Source: Syntrophales bacterium
GTDB taxonomy: Bacteria > Desulfobacterota > Syntrophia > Syntrophales > UBA2210
Assembly (NCBI GenBank): GCA_963662405.2
Contig: CAXXKT010000003.1
Location: forward strand, 160,001 to 224,000
Length of the DNA stretch: 64,000 nt
Direction: 5' to 3'
Positions within the stretch are counted from its first letter, which is position 1; each line of letters starts with the position of its first letter. Below, one piece after another: positions 10,606-22,149 of this stretch. The notes under the pieces are model-generated. The model was given only the letters and a program-made list of their open reading frames with translations. It was not told the DNA's origin and did not search any database. Made by a program: the position numbers and the translations under genes.

Positions 10606-13600
10606 ATGGATCGTTTAGCGAGCGTGCAGGACGGCTTCAGGTTGTTCCAAAGAAAATCGGAACTATCCCTGCCGATAATAATACTTACCATTGTCGTATC
10701 CCTTATGATTTTTTTCGGTAGTGCAGCCTGCGGGGGCGTGCATCCACCCATCTCACCCGTGGTGACAACGGACAAGGGTGACTATCAGCCCGGTCAGACC
10801 GCGATCATAACGGGTTCCGGCTTTCATCCGAGAGAACCAGTAAGACTTCAGGTCGTACATACCAATCCGGTCGAAAAGCCGGGCGCCGGTCATGAATTGT
10901 GGCATGTCGCTGCAGATACATCCGGTCGTTTTTCAAGTAGATGGTTTGTCAACCCTGACGATTCCCTGGGTGCCAGCTTCCTGTTGACGGTGGTTGGCGT
11001 CACCTCGGGTTTGTCCACGTCGACCACCTTTACCGATGCGGCGGGACCGCTGACCATCGCAGTCGGTTCCCAGCAGACCCTGTGGGTTGACGCCAACATG
11101 TGCAGCGGTGAGGGCCCACGCGGTGCCTGGCTCTCTTTCATCATTACCAATACCGGCACCGATCCCGCTACGGATGTTACCGTGACCTTTGCGGATTTTA
11201 CCGGAACGAACGCGTCATATTTTTCAGCCCCGGACGATCTGACACGGACCTTCAGCTCCATCGCGGCGGGAGCCGAAGAACCGGTCTATTTCTATGTCGA
11301 CTACTCGGAGGTCTGTACCCATTCCCAGGGGGGCGGGTCACCCTATGCCGGCTTTACGGCCGACTACACGGTCACCGCAACGGCAACGGGGCTCGTGCCT
11401 GTCGTGTACAACGGAACGGTGATTACCGATCAACTCCTCAACGCCAAGGCCGCCGGGCTGTCACTCAGCACGGTTCTGGGCTCGGGGTTTTATGTGGGCC
11501 AGTTATTGACCCAGACGGTTGCCTACCAGTTTGGAAACAACACCGATCTCTTCTTTCAACCGGCTGGTGAGGCGGGATTCGATGCTGGTTGTATCCGGCT
11601 GGTGGGGTCGGAGATCACCGGTGTCTCCGGGACCGTGTCGCCGACCCTCATCGGGTTGAAAGATCGGTTGTGGTTTCCCACGGTCAGTGTGCCGGGGGGC
11701 GGTGGGAACATCTACGTGACCTATACGTGGGAGATCCTCTGTGTCAACAGGGTCCAGACCCTGCACCCGTGGGCTGCGGCAAAGAGCGGAGCCAGGTACA
11801 AATATTCGGGATTTCAGTCATCGACGATCTTACCCGCCTCCGCTCAGGCCCTGACGGCGGATAAGTCGGTTTCCCCTTTATCGCTCGTCGACGATTCCGG
11901 GGGGGCGGTCACCTGGACCGTGACCTACTCGAACCCGGCGCCGGTGCCGTTACGTCTCTCGAAGATCACCGATGTGCTTCCCCCGTGCATGTCGATCAAT
12001 GATCCGGACGCGCCCGGGAGCGATGTAACGGCGGCAAATTCATCCGGCATACCCGCTGTCGACGCAACCGGCACTGTCGACTGGATCGGCAATGATCTGG
12101 GAGACAGCCCGAGCAGCACGTACCTGGTGCCGGCAGGGGGGACAACTGTCCTGAAATACACGACCAACATTCTCGGGTGTGCCTCCCCCGCCTCCTATAC
12201 AAACTCCGCGACGGGAACGGTCGGCGAAACGACCGTCGGCCCGGCCGCCGCTACGCTTGAAATCGGAAGCCAGCCGGCAATCACGCTGAGCAAGGATGCA
12301 AGTCCTCGGCTATACGGTACTCTCGGTGAGACGATCACCTATACCTATACGATTGTCAACAGCGGGAACGTGACGCTGGATGGGCCGTTCACGGTAAACG
12401 ACAGCAGACTGGGAACGATTTCCCTGTGTGGAAGCGGACCGATTCTCCCCGGAGCATCGACCTCGTGCACGGCCCCGTATCTCATAACACAGGCGGACCT
12501 TGATGCCGGGTCCGTCGTGAACACGGCAACGGCGTCCACGTTGTACAACGGTCAGACCGTCACATCCAATCAGGCCTTGGTGACTGCGGGGATGCTGAGG
12601 AGCGTCAAGAGTGTGACCGACGAGAACGGCGGGAATCTGGAGCCGGGGGACAGTCTTTTGTACACGGTGGTGCTGCAGAACCGGAGCGGTTATGCGGTGG
12701 ACGATCTGGAGCTGACGGACGTGATCCCGGCGGACACGACCTACATTGCGTCGAGCGTGACCCATCCCGGTGGGAGCACGGTGGTGAGCGAGACGCCGGT
12801 CTTGCACATTGAGGGTATCGATGTTCCGGCGCACGGACAGGTGACGGTGACCTTCCGCGTTGTGGTGGACAATCCGCTCCCGGCTGGAGTGACGCAGATC
12901 ACGAACCAGGGGACGGTATTTTACGACAGTGACGGGGACGGTACGAACGACTCGACGCAGCAGACGGACGGCGACACGGCGCAGCCGGGGGAGCAGTCGA
13001 CGGACATCCCGGTGACGGCGGGAGCGAACTTCGATGAGACGACGAAGGGAGTGGTGCTGCAGACGGATGCGGACGCCAACGGAGCGGTGACGCCGGGGGA
13101 CACGCTGCGGTACACGGTGGTGATTCCGAACACGGGTGATCAGGACGCGACGGGCGTGACCTTCAGCGATCCGGTTCCGGCGAACACGACGTACATCGCA
13201 TTGAGCGTGACGGCAACGGCGGGGACGCCGACCTACAATGCCGGACTGGACCGTATCGAATGGGCGGGAGACATAACCGCCGGTACGAGCGTGACGATCA
13301 CCTTCGACGTGACGGTGGACAGCGGTATTGTGGTGGGGACGGTACTCTCGAACCAGGGGACGGTGACCTACGATTCGAGTACACAACTGACGGACGGGGA
13401 TGTGACGGAACCGGGGCGGCAGCCCACGGACGTGACGGTAGGGGGGATGCCCGAGGGCGTGGCGATCAAGGGCGTGACCGACGAGAACGGCGGGAATCTG
13501 GAGCCGGGGGACAGTCTTTTGTACACGGTGGTGCTGCAGAACCGGAGCGGTTATGCGGTGGACGATCTGGAGCTGACGGACGTGATCCCGGCGGACACGA

Positions 13601-16600
13601 CCTACATTGCATCGAGCGTGACCCATCCCGGTGGGAGCACGGTGGTGAGCGAGACGCCGGTCTTGCACATTGAGGGTATCGATGTTCCGGCGCACGGACA
13701 GGTGACGGTGACCTTCCGCGTTGTGGTGGACAATCCGCTCCCGGCTGGAGTGACGCAGATCACGAACCAGGGGACGGTATTTTACGACAGTGACGGGGAC
13801 GGTACGAACGACTCGACGCAGCAGACGGACGGTGACACCGCGCAGCCGGGGGAGCAGTCGACGGACATCCCGGTGACGGCGGGAGCGAACTTCGATGAGA
13901 CGACGAAGGGAGTGGTGCTGCAGACGGATGCGGACGCCAACGGAGCGGTGACGCCGGGGGACACGCTGCGGTACACGGTGGTGATTCCGAACACGGGTGA
14001 TCAGGACGCGACGGGCGTGACCTTCAGCGATCCGATCCCGGCTAACACGACATACATTGCATTGAGCGTGACGGCGACGGCGGGGACGGCGACCTATAAC
14101 GCCGGTCTGGACCGGATCGACTGGACGGGGGACATAACGGCCGGTACGAGCGTGACGATCACCTTCGACGTGACGGTGGACAGCGGTATTGTGGTGGGGA
14201 CGGTACTCTCGAACCAGGGGACGGTGACCTACGATTCGAGTACACAACTGACGGACGGGGATGTGACGGAACCGGGGCGGCAGCCCACGGACGTGACGGT
14301 AGGGGGGATGCCCGAGGGCGTGGCGATCAAGGGCGTGACCGACGAGAACGGCGGGAATCTGGAGCCGGGGGACAGTCTTTTGTACACGGTGGTGCTGCAG
14401 AACCGGAGCGGTTTTGCCGTGGACGATCTGGGGCTGACGGACGCGATCCCGGCGGACACGACCTACATTGCGTCGAGCGTGACCCATCCCGGTGGGAGCA
14501 CGGTGGTGAGCGAGACGCCGGTCTTGCACATTGAGGGTATCGATGTTCCGGCGCACGGACAGGTGACGGTGACCTTCCGCGTTGTGGTGGACAATCCGCT
14601 CCCGGCTGGAGTGACGCAGATCACGAACCAGGGGACGGTATTTTACGACAGTGACGGGGACGGTACGAACGACTCGACGCAGCAGACGGACGGCGACACG
14701 GCGCAGCCGGGGGAGCAGTCGACGGATATCCCGGTGACGGCGGGAGCGAACTTCGATGAGACGACGAAGGGAGTGGTGCTGCAGACGGATGCGGACGCCA
14801 ACGGAGCGGTGACGCCGGGGGACACGCTGCGGTACACGGTGGTGATTCCGAACACGGGTGATCAGGACGCGACGGGCGTGACCTTCAGCGATCCGGTTCC
14901 GGCGAACACGACGTACATCGCATTGAGCGTGACGGCAACGGCGGGGACGCCGACCTACAATGCCGGACTGGACCGTATCGAATGGGCGGGAGACATAACC
15001 ACCGGTACGAGCGTGACGATCACCTTCGACGTGACGGTGGACAGCGGTATTGTGGTGGGGACGGTACTCTCGAACCAGGGGACGGTGACCTACGATTCGA
15101 GTACACAACTGACGGACGGGGATGTGACGGAACCGGGGCGGCAGCCCACGGACGTGACGGTAGGGGGGATGCCCGAGGGCGTGGCGATCAAGGGCGTGAC
15201 CGACGAGAACGGCGGGAATCTGGAGCCGGGGGATACGCTGTTGTACACGGTAGTGCTGCAGAACCGGAGCGGTTTTGCCGTGGACGATCTGGGGCTGACG
15301 GACGCGATCCCGGCGGACACGACCTACATTGCGTCGAGCGTGACCCATCCCGGTGGGAGCACGGTGGTGAGCGAGACGCCGGTCTTGCACATTGAGGGTA
15401 TCGATGTCCCGGCCCACGGGCAGGTGACGGTGACCTTCCGCGTTGTGGTGGACAATCCGCTCCCGGCGGGGGTGACGCAGATCACGAACCAGGGGACGGT
15501 CTTTTACGACAGCGACGGGGACGGGACGAACGACTCGACGCAGCAGACGGACGGTGACACATCCCAGCCGGGCGAACAGTCGACGGACATCCCGGTGACG
15601 GCGGGAGCGAACTTCGATGAGACGACGAAGGGCGTGGCGCTCCAGACGGACGCGGATGCCGACGGAGCGGTAACGCCGGGCGACACGCTGCGGTATACGG
15701 TGGTGCTGCACAACACGGGGAACGCCGACAGCGGTGTGGCAACGGTTTTTGCGGATCCGGTTCCATTCAATACGACCTATGTAACCGGGAGTGTAACGGC
15801 GACGGCGGGGACGCCCACCTACAATGCGGGATTGAACCAAATTGAGTGGACGGGTGATGTGTACGCGGGTGGTGCAGTAACGATCACCTTCGACGTGACG
15901 GTGGACAGCGGTATTGTGGTGGAACGGTGCTCTCGAACCAAGGGGCGATATACTACGACAGCAACAATGACGGGACGAACGACAGCACCCAGGAGACGGA
16001 CGGCGATGTGACCGAGCCGGGGAGGCAGCCCACGGACGTGACGGTAGGAGGGATGCCCGAGGGCGTGGCGATCAAGAGTGTGACCGACGAGAACGGCGGG
16101 AACCTGGAGCCGGGGGATACTCTGTTGTACACGGTGGTGCTGCAGAACCGGAGCGGTTATGCGGTGGCGGGTATCGAGCTGACGGACGTGATCCCGGCGG
16201 ACACGACCTACATTGCGTCGAGCGTTACCCATCCCGGTGGGAGCACGGTGGTGAGCGAGACGCCGGTGCTGCACATTGAGGGTATCGATGTCCCGGCCCA
16301 CGGGCAGGTGACGGTGACCTTCCGCGTCGTCGTGGACGATCCGCTTCCGGCGGGGGTGACACAGATCACGAACCAGGGGACGGTCTTTTACGACAGCGAC
16401 GGGGACGGGACGAACGACTCGACGCAGCAGACGGACGGCGACACCGCGCAGCCGGGGGAGCAGTCGACGGACATCCCGGTGACGGCGGGAGCGAACTTCG
16501 ATGAGACGACGAAGGGCGTGGCGCTCCAGACGGATGCGGACACGAACGGAGCGGTGACGCCGGGCGACACGCTGCGTTACACGGTGGTGATTCCGAACAC

Positions 16601-17459
16601 GGGTGATCAGGACGCGACGGGTGTGACCTTCAGCGATCCGATCCCCTTTAACACGACGTACGTCGCATTGAGCGTGACGGCAACGGCGGGGACGGCGACC
16701 TATAACGCCGGTCTGGACCGGATCGACTGGACGGGGGACATAACGGCCGGTACGAGCGTGGCGATCACCTTTGACGTGACGGTGGACAGCGGTATCACGG
16801 TAGGGACGGTGCTCTCGAACCAGGGGACGGTGACCTATGCTTCCGGGACACAGTTGACGGACGGAGATGTGACGAAGCCGGGGCGGCAGCCCACGGACGT
16901 GACGGTAGGGGGGATGCCCGAGGGCGTGGCGATCAAGAGTGTGACCGACGAGAACGGGGGGAACCTGGAGCCGGGCGACAGCCTCTTGTACACGGTGGTT
17001 TTGCAGAACCGGGGCGGTTTTGCGGTGGAGGGTATCGAGCTGACGGACGTGATCCCTGCGGACACGACCTACATTGCGTCGAGCGTGACCCATCCCGGTG
17101 GGAGCACGGTGGTGAGCGAGACGCCGGTGCTGAACATCACGGGCATCGATGTCCCTGCCCACGGGCAGGTGACGGTGACCTTCCGTGTTGTGGTGGACAA
17201 TCCGCTTCCGGCGGGGGTGACGCAGATCACGAACCAGGGGACGGTCTTTTACGACAGCGACGGGGACGGGACGAACGATAGTACGCAGCAGACGGACGGT
17301 GACACCGCGCAGCCGGGGGAGCAGTCGACGGACATCCCGGTGACGGTGTCGATGACTCTGATCCCGACATTGAGCGCATGGGGAGTGCTGCTCCTGGGAA
17401 TATTCTTGGTTCTGGCCGGGGTTGCGGCATTGGTTGTCAGGCGAGTTGATCAGGTATAA
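10606..17459 (+). CDS. Large repetitive cell-surface protein (DUF11/Ig-like repeats, IPTL-CTERM sorting signal), split by a 1-nt deletion near 15921
   Basis: N-terminal hydrophobic segment; repeats PGD(S/T)L(L/R)YTVV..N; C-terminal [28 protein letters not shown]; ORFs 10606-16011 and 15927-17459 join if one G is restored. Confidence 0.85.
12613..17346 (+). repeat. Intragenic tandem repeat, ~5.5 units of 861 bp (287 aa, two domains per unit)
   Basis: GTGACCGACGAGAACGG recurs at 12613, 13474, 14335, 15196, 16080, 16941 (spacings 861, 861, 861, 884, 861). Confidence 0.95.
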
Positions 17460-17502
17460 ATTTCAGTGTTTCACCACCGGCAGGTAAGACCGAGGGATAC
17501 TC

Positions 17503-18321
17503 TTATCCAGACGGTTTGAGAGTTGCCGGGAGGGCGCGGACGCCCGCACCGTAGAACGCGCTCGCGAGGCGATTGAAAGTCTCGAGGGGACCGGTCGAGT
17601 AAAAGATCTGTCTCCCCTCACGGGAGATTCTCCCTTCCACCTCCGGGTGTCTCCTCAGGTAATCCTCCAATTTGCCGGCGATGATCGGTCCCTGGCCGAG
17701 GAGACCGACATGACAGGGGGTGTGTTCCCTGAACAAATTGTACAGTAGCGGGTAGTGGGTGCATGACAGGAGGACCGTGTCGATCCCGTCGTCCTGGGCG
17801 AGAAGGTCGGTCAGGTATCCCGAGACGACCCGGTCACACCGGTCACCTCCCTGCTCACCGGCCTCTATGATCGGAACCAGGAGAGGGCAGGGCTGATAGA
17901 ATATCTCGATCGGTGGGTCGAGCTCTTCGAGTTCCTCCGTATAGATCCGCGAGTCGACCACCCCCTGGGTGGCGAGGATCCCCACCTTCCGGCATTTCCT
18001 GTCTATCAGTTCCTCGGCTGATGGCCTGATCACGCCGAGAACACGCCGGTCCGGATACCTCCCCGGGAGAAACTCTTGCTGGATCCGTCGCAGGGCCCGG
18101 GACGAGACGGTGTTGCAGGCGATGATGACCAGGAAACACCCCTTCTTGAAGAGAAACTCGATGGCCTGGAGGGTGAATTCGTACACCGTTTCCTGTGGCC
18201 GTTCCCCGTAGGGGACCCGCGCGTTGTCGCCGAGGTACAGGTAGTCATACGGGGGGAGTCTTTGGACAATGCTTTTCAAGACCGTTAGCCCGCCGAAACC
18301 CGAATCAAAGACACCAATCAT
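17503..18321 (-). CDS. murI: Glutamate racemase
   Basis: IGVFDSGFGGLTV, GDNARVPYG, IACNT, LSCTHYP. Confidence 0.95.
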   Translation of the reverse strand: MIGVFDSGFGGLTVLKSIVQRLPPYDYLYLGDNARVPYGERPQETVYEFTLQAIEFLFKKGCFLVIIACNTVSSRALRRIQQEFLPGRYPDRRVLGVIRPSAEELIDRKCRKVGILATQGVVDSRIYTEELEELDPPIEIFYQPCPLLVPIIEAGEQGGDRCDRVVSGYLTDLLAQDDGIDTVLLSCTHYPLLYNLFREHTPCHVGLLGQGPIIAGKLEDYLRRHPEVEGRISREGRQIFYSTGPLETFNRLASAFYGAGVRALPATLKPSG

Positions 18322-18796
18322 CTCAAACTCCTTTGCGGGCGGATTCTAACAACATCTCTCCGGGAATGACAACAGAAAACCGGTGATCGACTGTTTTCTC
18401 CGGTCATCGAGAGATAGCGGCGACCGCGTGCCTCCCGGTTTTTCTCCGGCGCACGGGTCGGTTCTGGCGGCTTCTTGCAGCGGCTCTCCTCTTCTTGGAA
18501 CGTGTATCTTCGGAACGGCATACGAACACCGGAAAGCAGCAAGAAGACAGCACAAAAAACCAGTATCTTTTCTGCCGGCATCGTCGAATCATTGGCAACC
18601 GGTTTTCCCCGGATGAGTCGTTCCGCGGGTCCCTCTCAATCTTCATTCTTCCGCGAACGGTGTCGATCGCGTCCATTGTCCCACACCGTCTCGTCCGTCG
18701 CTGCAGAGACCGCAATCAGGGACCGGAACGCGCGTTACGGAACGTGAGAAGGGGGTATAAGCAGCTATTATTTTTCATGTATTGGCGCACTATTTC

Positions 18797-18940
18797 TTGA
18801 CATATGGGGGAAAAGAAGATAAGGGATCTATGAAATCTTTATAATTCGATGTGTTTAACCGGCTGTAACCAAAGGGGGGATTATGGCCTGACCATGCAAA
18901 GCCTTATTTTCTCGGGATAGGAGAGATAGGGCTTTTTTTG
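18797..18940 (+). promoter_or_regulatory. Conserved leader element copy A (promoter, hairpin with SD and mini-ORF ATG-GCC-TGA, intrinsic terminator)
   Basis: TTGACA 18797, N17, TAAGGG; GGCTGTAACCAAAGGGGGGATTATGGCCTGACCATGCAAAGCC; terminator 18898-18939; homologous to 52043-52193 (-). Confidence 0.65.
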
Positions 18941-19001
18941 TTTTGCCTGCCTGATTCATCGCCCGCCGTTACCGCTTAATTCGGAGAGAGAGGAACACGC
19001 T

Positions 19002-19580
19002 ATGAATGCATTTGACCTTGCATATGAGCATGATTCTGCGCTCCATGTCGTTCGTGAATGGATCGAAGCAACGCTGGACGAATACCGGAGCCAGGCCGTT
19101 CCCGTCAGTGATTTCGACTTTCCTCGGCTGCAGAAGGTGCTCCCCCCCGATCTTCTCAGCAGGGTAAAGGTGGTGGTTGTCCCGGGGGACGTTCCGCTGC
19201 CGCCATTGGACAGTATGGGCTTTCCTGAATTTACCCGTATGGGAAGCAGGGCCGCGGCAGGCGTAACGTATGAAGATACGTTCTTTGTCAACAACCGTTG
19301 CCGGACCGAGAGTCTCTGCTTTCACGAGCTGATCCATGTCCTCCAATGGGCCCGGCTCGGGACCGATCATTTCCTGGTTGCGTATGGTACCGGCCTGATC
19401 CAGCTCGGATACCGGAATTGCCCCCTGGAACGGATGGCATTTTCCCTCCAGGCCAAATTGAGCCTGAAGACACTCCCCGAAGATGTTGTCAGTTGGGTTT
19501 ATGAGAAGACCGATGCCGTCTGGGACCGCGTGACCTCGTTCCTGAACGAGGGGTCTCGGCAAAGAGCGGTGATCGGCTAA
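19002..19580 (+). CDS. Hypothetical HExxH zincin-like protein (DUF4157-like)
   Basis: GVTYEDTFFV...FHELIHVLQW...PLERMA; GAGG SD. Confidence 0.7.
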   Translation: MNAFDLAYEHDSALHVVREWIEATLDEYRSQAVPVSDFDFPRLQKVLPPDLLSRVKVVVVPGDVPLPPLDSMGFPEFTRMGSRAAAGVTYEDTFFVNNRCRTESLCFHELIHVLQWARLGTDHFLVAYGTGLIQLGYRNCPLERMAFSLQAKLSLKTLPEDVVSWVYEKTDAVWDRVTSFLNEGSRQRAVIG

Positions 19581-19805
19581 TTGCCGGTTTTCGGCGGGAA
19601 AGAGATGAGGGAAGTGCCCCTCGTTTTCCAGCCTCCCTTCAGGGCAATAGAATATGGGTGCAGACGCCACCGGTTAACTATGAGGCGAGGGTGTGCCCTT
19701 TTCTTTTCCCCGTGCCTGTCGCGCTCGCTTCCGATCTGAACCAATCTTCGCGGCGCATTTTATCAGAGATTGTGGTATTTCACTCCTGATTACCGAGAGA
19801 GGGCG

Positions 19806-21347
19806 ATGGGCATGGGATATAGAGATCTGTCATTGAATCTGCCCCCCGACTACGGGGAGGGGGATCTGCGGGAGGCGATCGAAAAGGAGTTGGGGATCGG
19901 ATCGTTTTCCTGGCAGATCGTTCGGAAGGGGCTCGATGCCCGAAAAAAAACCAATATCCACTGGCAGGTGCAGGTGTTGGCCCTGTCGGATGAGCTTGCG
20001 GGAGGGGAGATGCCCGTTTTGCCGACCCTCGTTGTCCCATCGTGTGCACGGGATCAGCGGGTAGTCGTTGTCGGGAGTGGTCCTGCGGGATTCTTCGCCG
20101 CCCTGGTGTTGCGGAAGGCGGGGTTTCAGACAACCCTGATTGAGCGGGGGGGAAAAGTGGATGAACGGGCTCGGAGGATCGGCATCTTTGAGGCGACCGG
20201 TTGTTTCGACCCGGTGAACAATTACGCCTTCGGGGAGGGGGGAGCGGGGACCTTTTCGGACGGAAAACTGACGTCGCGGTCCAAGCACATATCGAAGGAA
20301 AGAAGCTTCATTGTACAGAGCTACATACGGGCTGGGGCGCCCGAAGAGATACGATATCTTGCCCATCCGCATCTGGGGAGCGACAACCTGAAGATGATTG
20401 TTGCAAACCTGAGGGAGGAGTTTCTGGAGCTGGGGGGGAGCTATCTCTTCGAGACGCAGCTGCAGGATATCAGGGTCGACGGGGGGAGGGTTGTCGAGGC
20501 GGTGACCTCCGCCGGGATCATCGAGACCGATTGCTGTATCATTGCGCCCGGTCACTCGGCTTATGAGACGTACCGCATGCTGATCCGACGGGGTGTCAAA
20601 TTCCGTACCAAGCCGTTCGCCCTTGGCTCACGGGTGGAACATCCCCAGGGGTTGATCAATCGTGCCCAGTGGGGGCGGGAAGAGCTGCCCGGGGTCAGGG
20701 CCGCCGAATATCGCCTGACCTCGCGAGCGGGTGTTCTCCCGGTCTACACCTTCTGCATGTGCCCGGGCGGGGTGATCGTCCCTGCCGCCGCTTATGCGCA
20801 TATCAATGTCGTCAACGGGATGAGTCACTACCGGCGGGACGGGAGATTCGCCAACGCGGCCTGCGTCGCGGCGGTGGTCCCGGAGGCCCTGACGGGGAGG
20901 GAGGTGACCGCTCTGGAGGTCCTCGACTGGCTGGAAGGGTTGGAGGAGCGATTCTTCCGGTACGCGGAGGGGTTCGCGGCGCCGTGCTGTCCGATCGAGG
21001 ACTTTCTACTGGAACGGGACTCGGGAAGGACCTGTACATCGAGCTATCCGCTGGGGGTGAAACCGGCCCCTCTGTGGGAGCTGCTCCCCCCGCCGGTGAG
21101 CGATGCCCTTCGGCAGGGGCTCAGGGATTTCGGCAAAAAGATACGGGGATTCGGGACCGGTTCGATCATGGGACTTGAAAGCAAGACCTCGGCGCCGGTC
21201 CAGGTAGTGCGGGAGAAGAGCGGTCTGTGCGCCGGTTTTGAGAATCTCTATCTGGTGGGGGAAGGGAGCGGCTGGGCCGGGGGGATCATCTCGAGCGGTG
21301 CGGACGGTATACGGGCCGCTATGCATATTGCAGAGGCGACGCCCTGA
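19806..21347 (+). CDS. FAD-dependent oxidoreductase
   Basis: VVVGSGPAG, FGEGGAGTFSDGKL, PHLGSD, YTFCMCPGG, GEGSGWAGGIISSGADG. Confidence 0.85.
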   Translation: MGMGYRDLSLNLPPDYGEGDLREAIEKELGIGSFSWQIVRKGLDARKKTNIHWQVQVLALSDELAGGEMPVLPTLVVPSCARDQRVVVVGSGPAGFFAALVLRKAGFQTTLIERGGKVDERARRIGIFEATGCFDPVNNYAFGEGGAGTFSDGKLTSRSKHISKERSFIVQSYIRAGAPEEIRYLAHPHLGSDNLKMIVANLREEFLELGGSYLFETQLQDIRVDGGRVVEAVTSAGIIETDCCIIAPGHSAYETYRMLIRRGVKFRTKPFALGSRVEHPQGLINRAQWGREELPGVRAAEYRLTSRAGVLPVYTFCMCPGGVIVPAAAYAHINVVNGMSHYRRDGRFANAACVAAVVPEALTGREVTALEVLDWLEGLEERFFRYAEGFAAPCCPIEDFLLERDSGRTCTSSYPLGVKPAPLWELLPPPVSDALRQGLRDFGKKIRGFGTGSIMGLESKTSAPVQVVREKSGLCAGFENLYLVGEGSGWAGGIISSGADGIRAAMHIAEATP

Positions 21348-21399
21348 AGATCCCGATGGCCAAGGAATAGGCGGGGAGAGAAACAGCCGTCCGGGGAAA

Positions 21400-22149
21400 T
21401 CAATCCAGTCGGTTGATCATGCCGGCGAGGTATCCGGCCCCGAAGCCGTTGTCGATATTCACGACCGCCGTCCCGCTTGCGCAGCTGTTCAGCATGGCCA
21501 GGAGGGCGGACAGGCCCCCGAAGCTCGCCCCGTAGCCGACACTGGTGGGGACGGCGATGACGGGTTTGTCGACCATCCCCCCGATAACGCTTGCCAGGGC
21601 TCCCTCCATCCCGGCAACGGCGACCACCACCCGCGCCCCCGTGATGATATCGCGATGGGCGAGGAGTCGATGAATGCCCGCGACACCTACGTCAAAGACC
21701 CGCTCCACCCGGTTCCCCAGCATCTCCGCCGTGATCGCCGCCTCTTCCGCCACCGGGATATCGGACGTCCCCGCCGTCACGACGGCGATATAGGTATCCG
21801 TGAGGATGGGATCCTTTTTTCTGATCGTGATAATACCGGGAAGATCGTGATATTTTGCCTCCGGGCAGACCTCTCTGACCGCTTCATACGTTCCTCGTGC
21901 GGCCTTGGTCCCCAGGATGTTGTTCCCCCTCTTCAGCATCTCGGCGATGATGGCGGTCACCTGTTCATTCGTCTTTCCCGCGCAGTAGATAACCTCGGGG
22001 TAGCCGGTCCTGAGTTCACGGTGGTTGTCTATCTTCGCGAAGCCCAGGTCCGTGAAGGGGAGATCCTTGAGGATCTCCGCCGCGGCGTCGACGGGCAGCC
22101 GGTTCTCTTTCACATCTTCCAGCAATTTTTTGATCGCTTCTCCGTCCAC
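21400..22149 (-). CDS. larB: Nickel-pincer cofactor biosynthesis protein LarB
   Basis: AGTSDIPVAEEA, FDVGVAGIHRL, AGMEGALASV, VPTSVGYGA, VVNIDNGFGA. Confidence 0.92.
   Translation of the reverse strand: MDGEAIKKLLEDVKENRLPVDAAAEILKDLPFTDLGFAKIDNHRELRTGYPEVIYCAGKTNEQVTAIIAEMLKRGNNILGTKAARGTYEAVREVCPEAKYHDLPGIITIRKKDPILTDTYIAVVTAGTSDIPVAEEAAITAEMLGNRVERVFDVGVAGIHRLLAHRDIITGARVVVAVAGMEGALASVIGGMVDKPVIAVPTSVGYGASFGGLSALLAMLNSCASGTAVVNIDNGFGAGYLAGMINRLD

Noticed and set aside
12310..17162. Very long antisense ORFs (1176 aa and 447 aa) rich in Arg/His
   Set aside because: Shadow frames of the GC-biased repetitive surface-protein gene; no protein-like composition
12613..17346. Repeat array as CRISPR or diversity-generating retroelement
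   Set aside because: Units are 861-bp in-frame coding repeats without spacers; no cas or reverse transcriptase gene in the window
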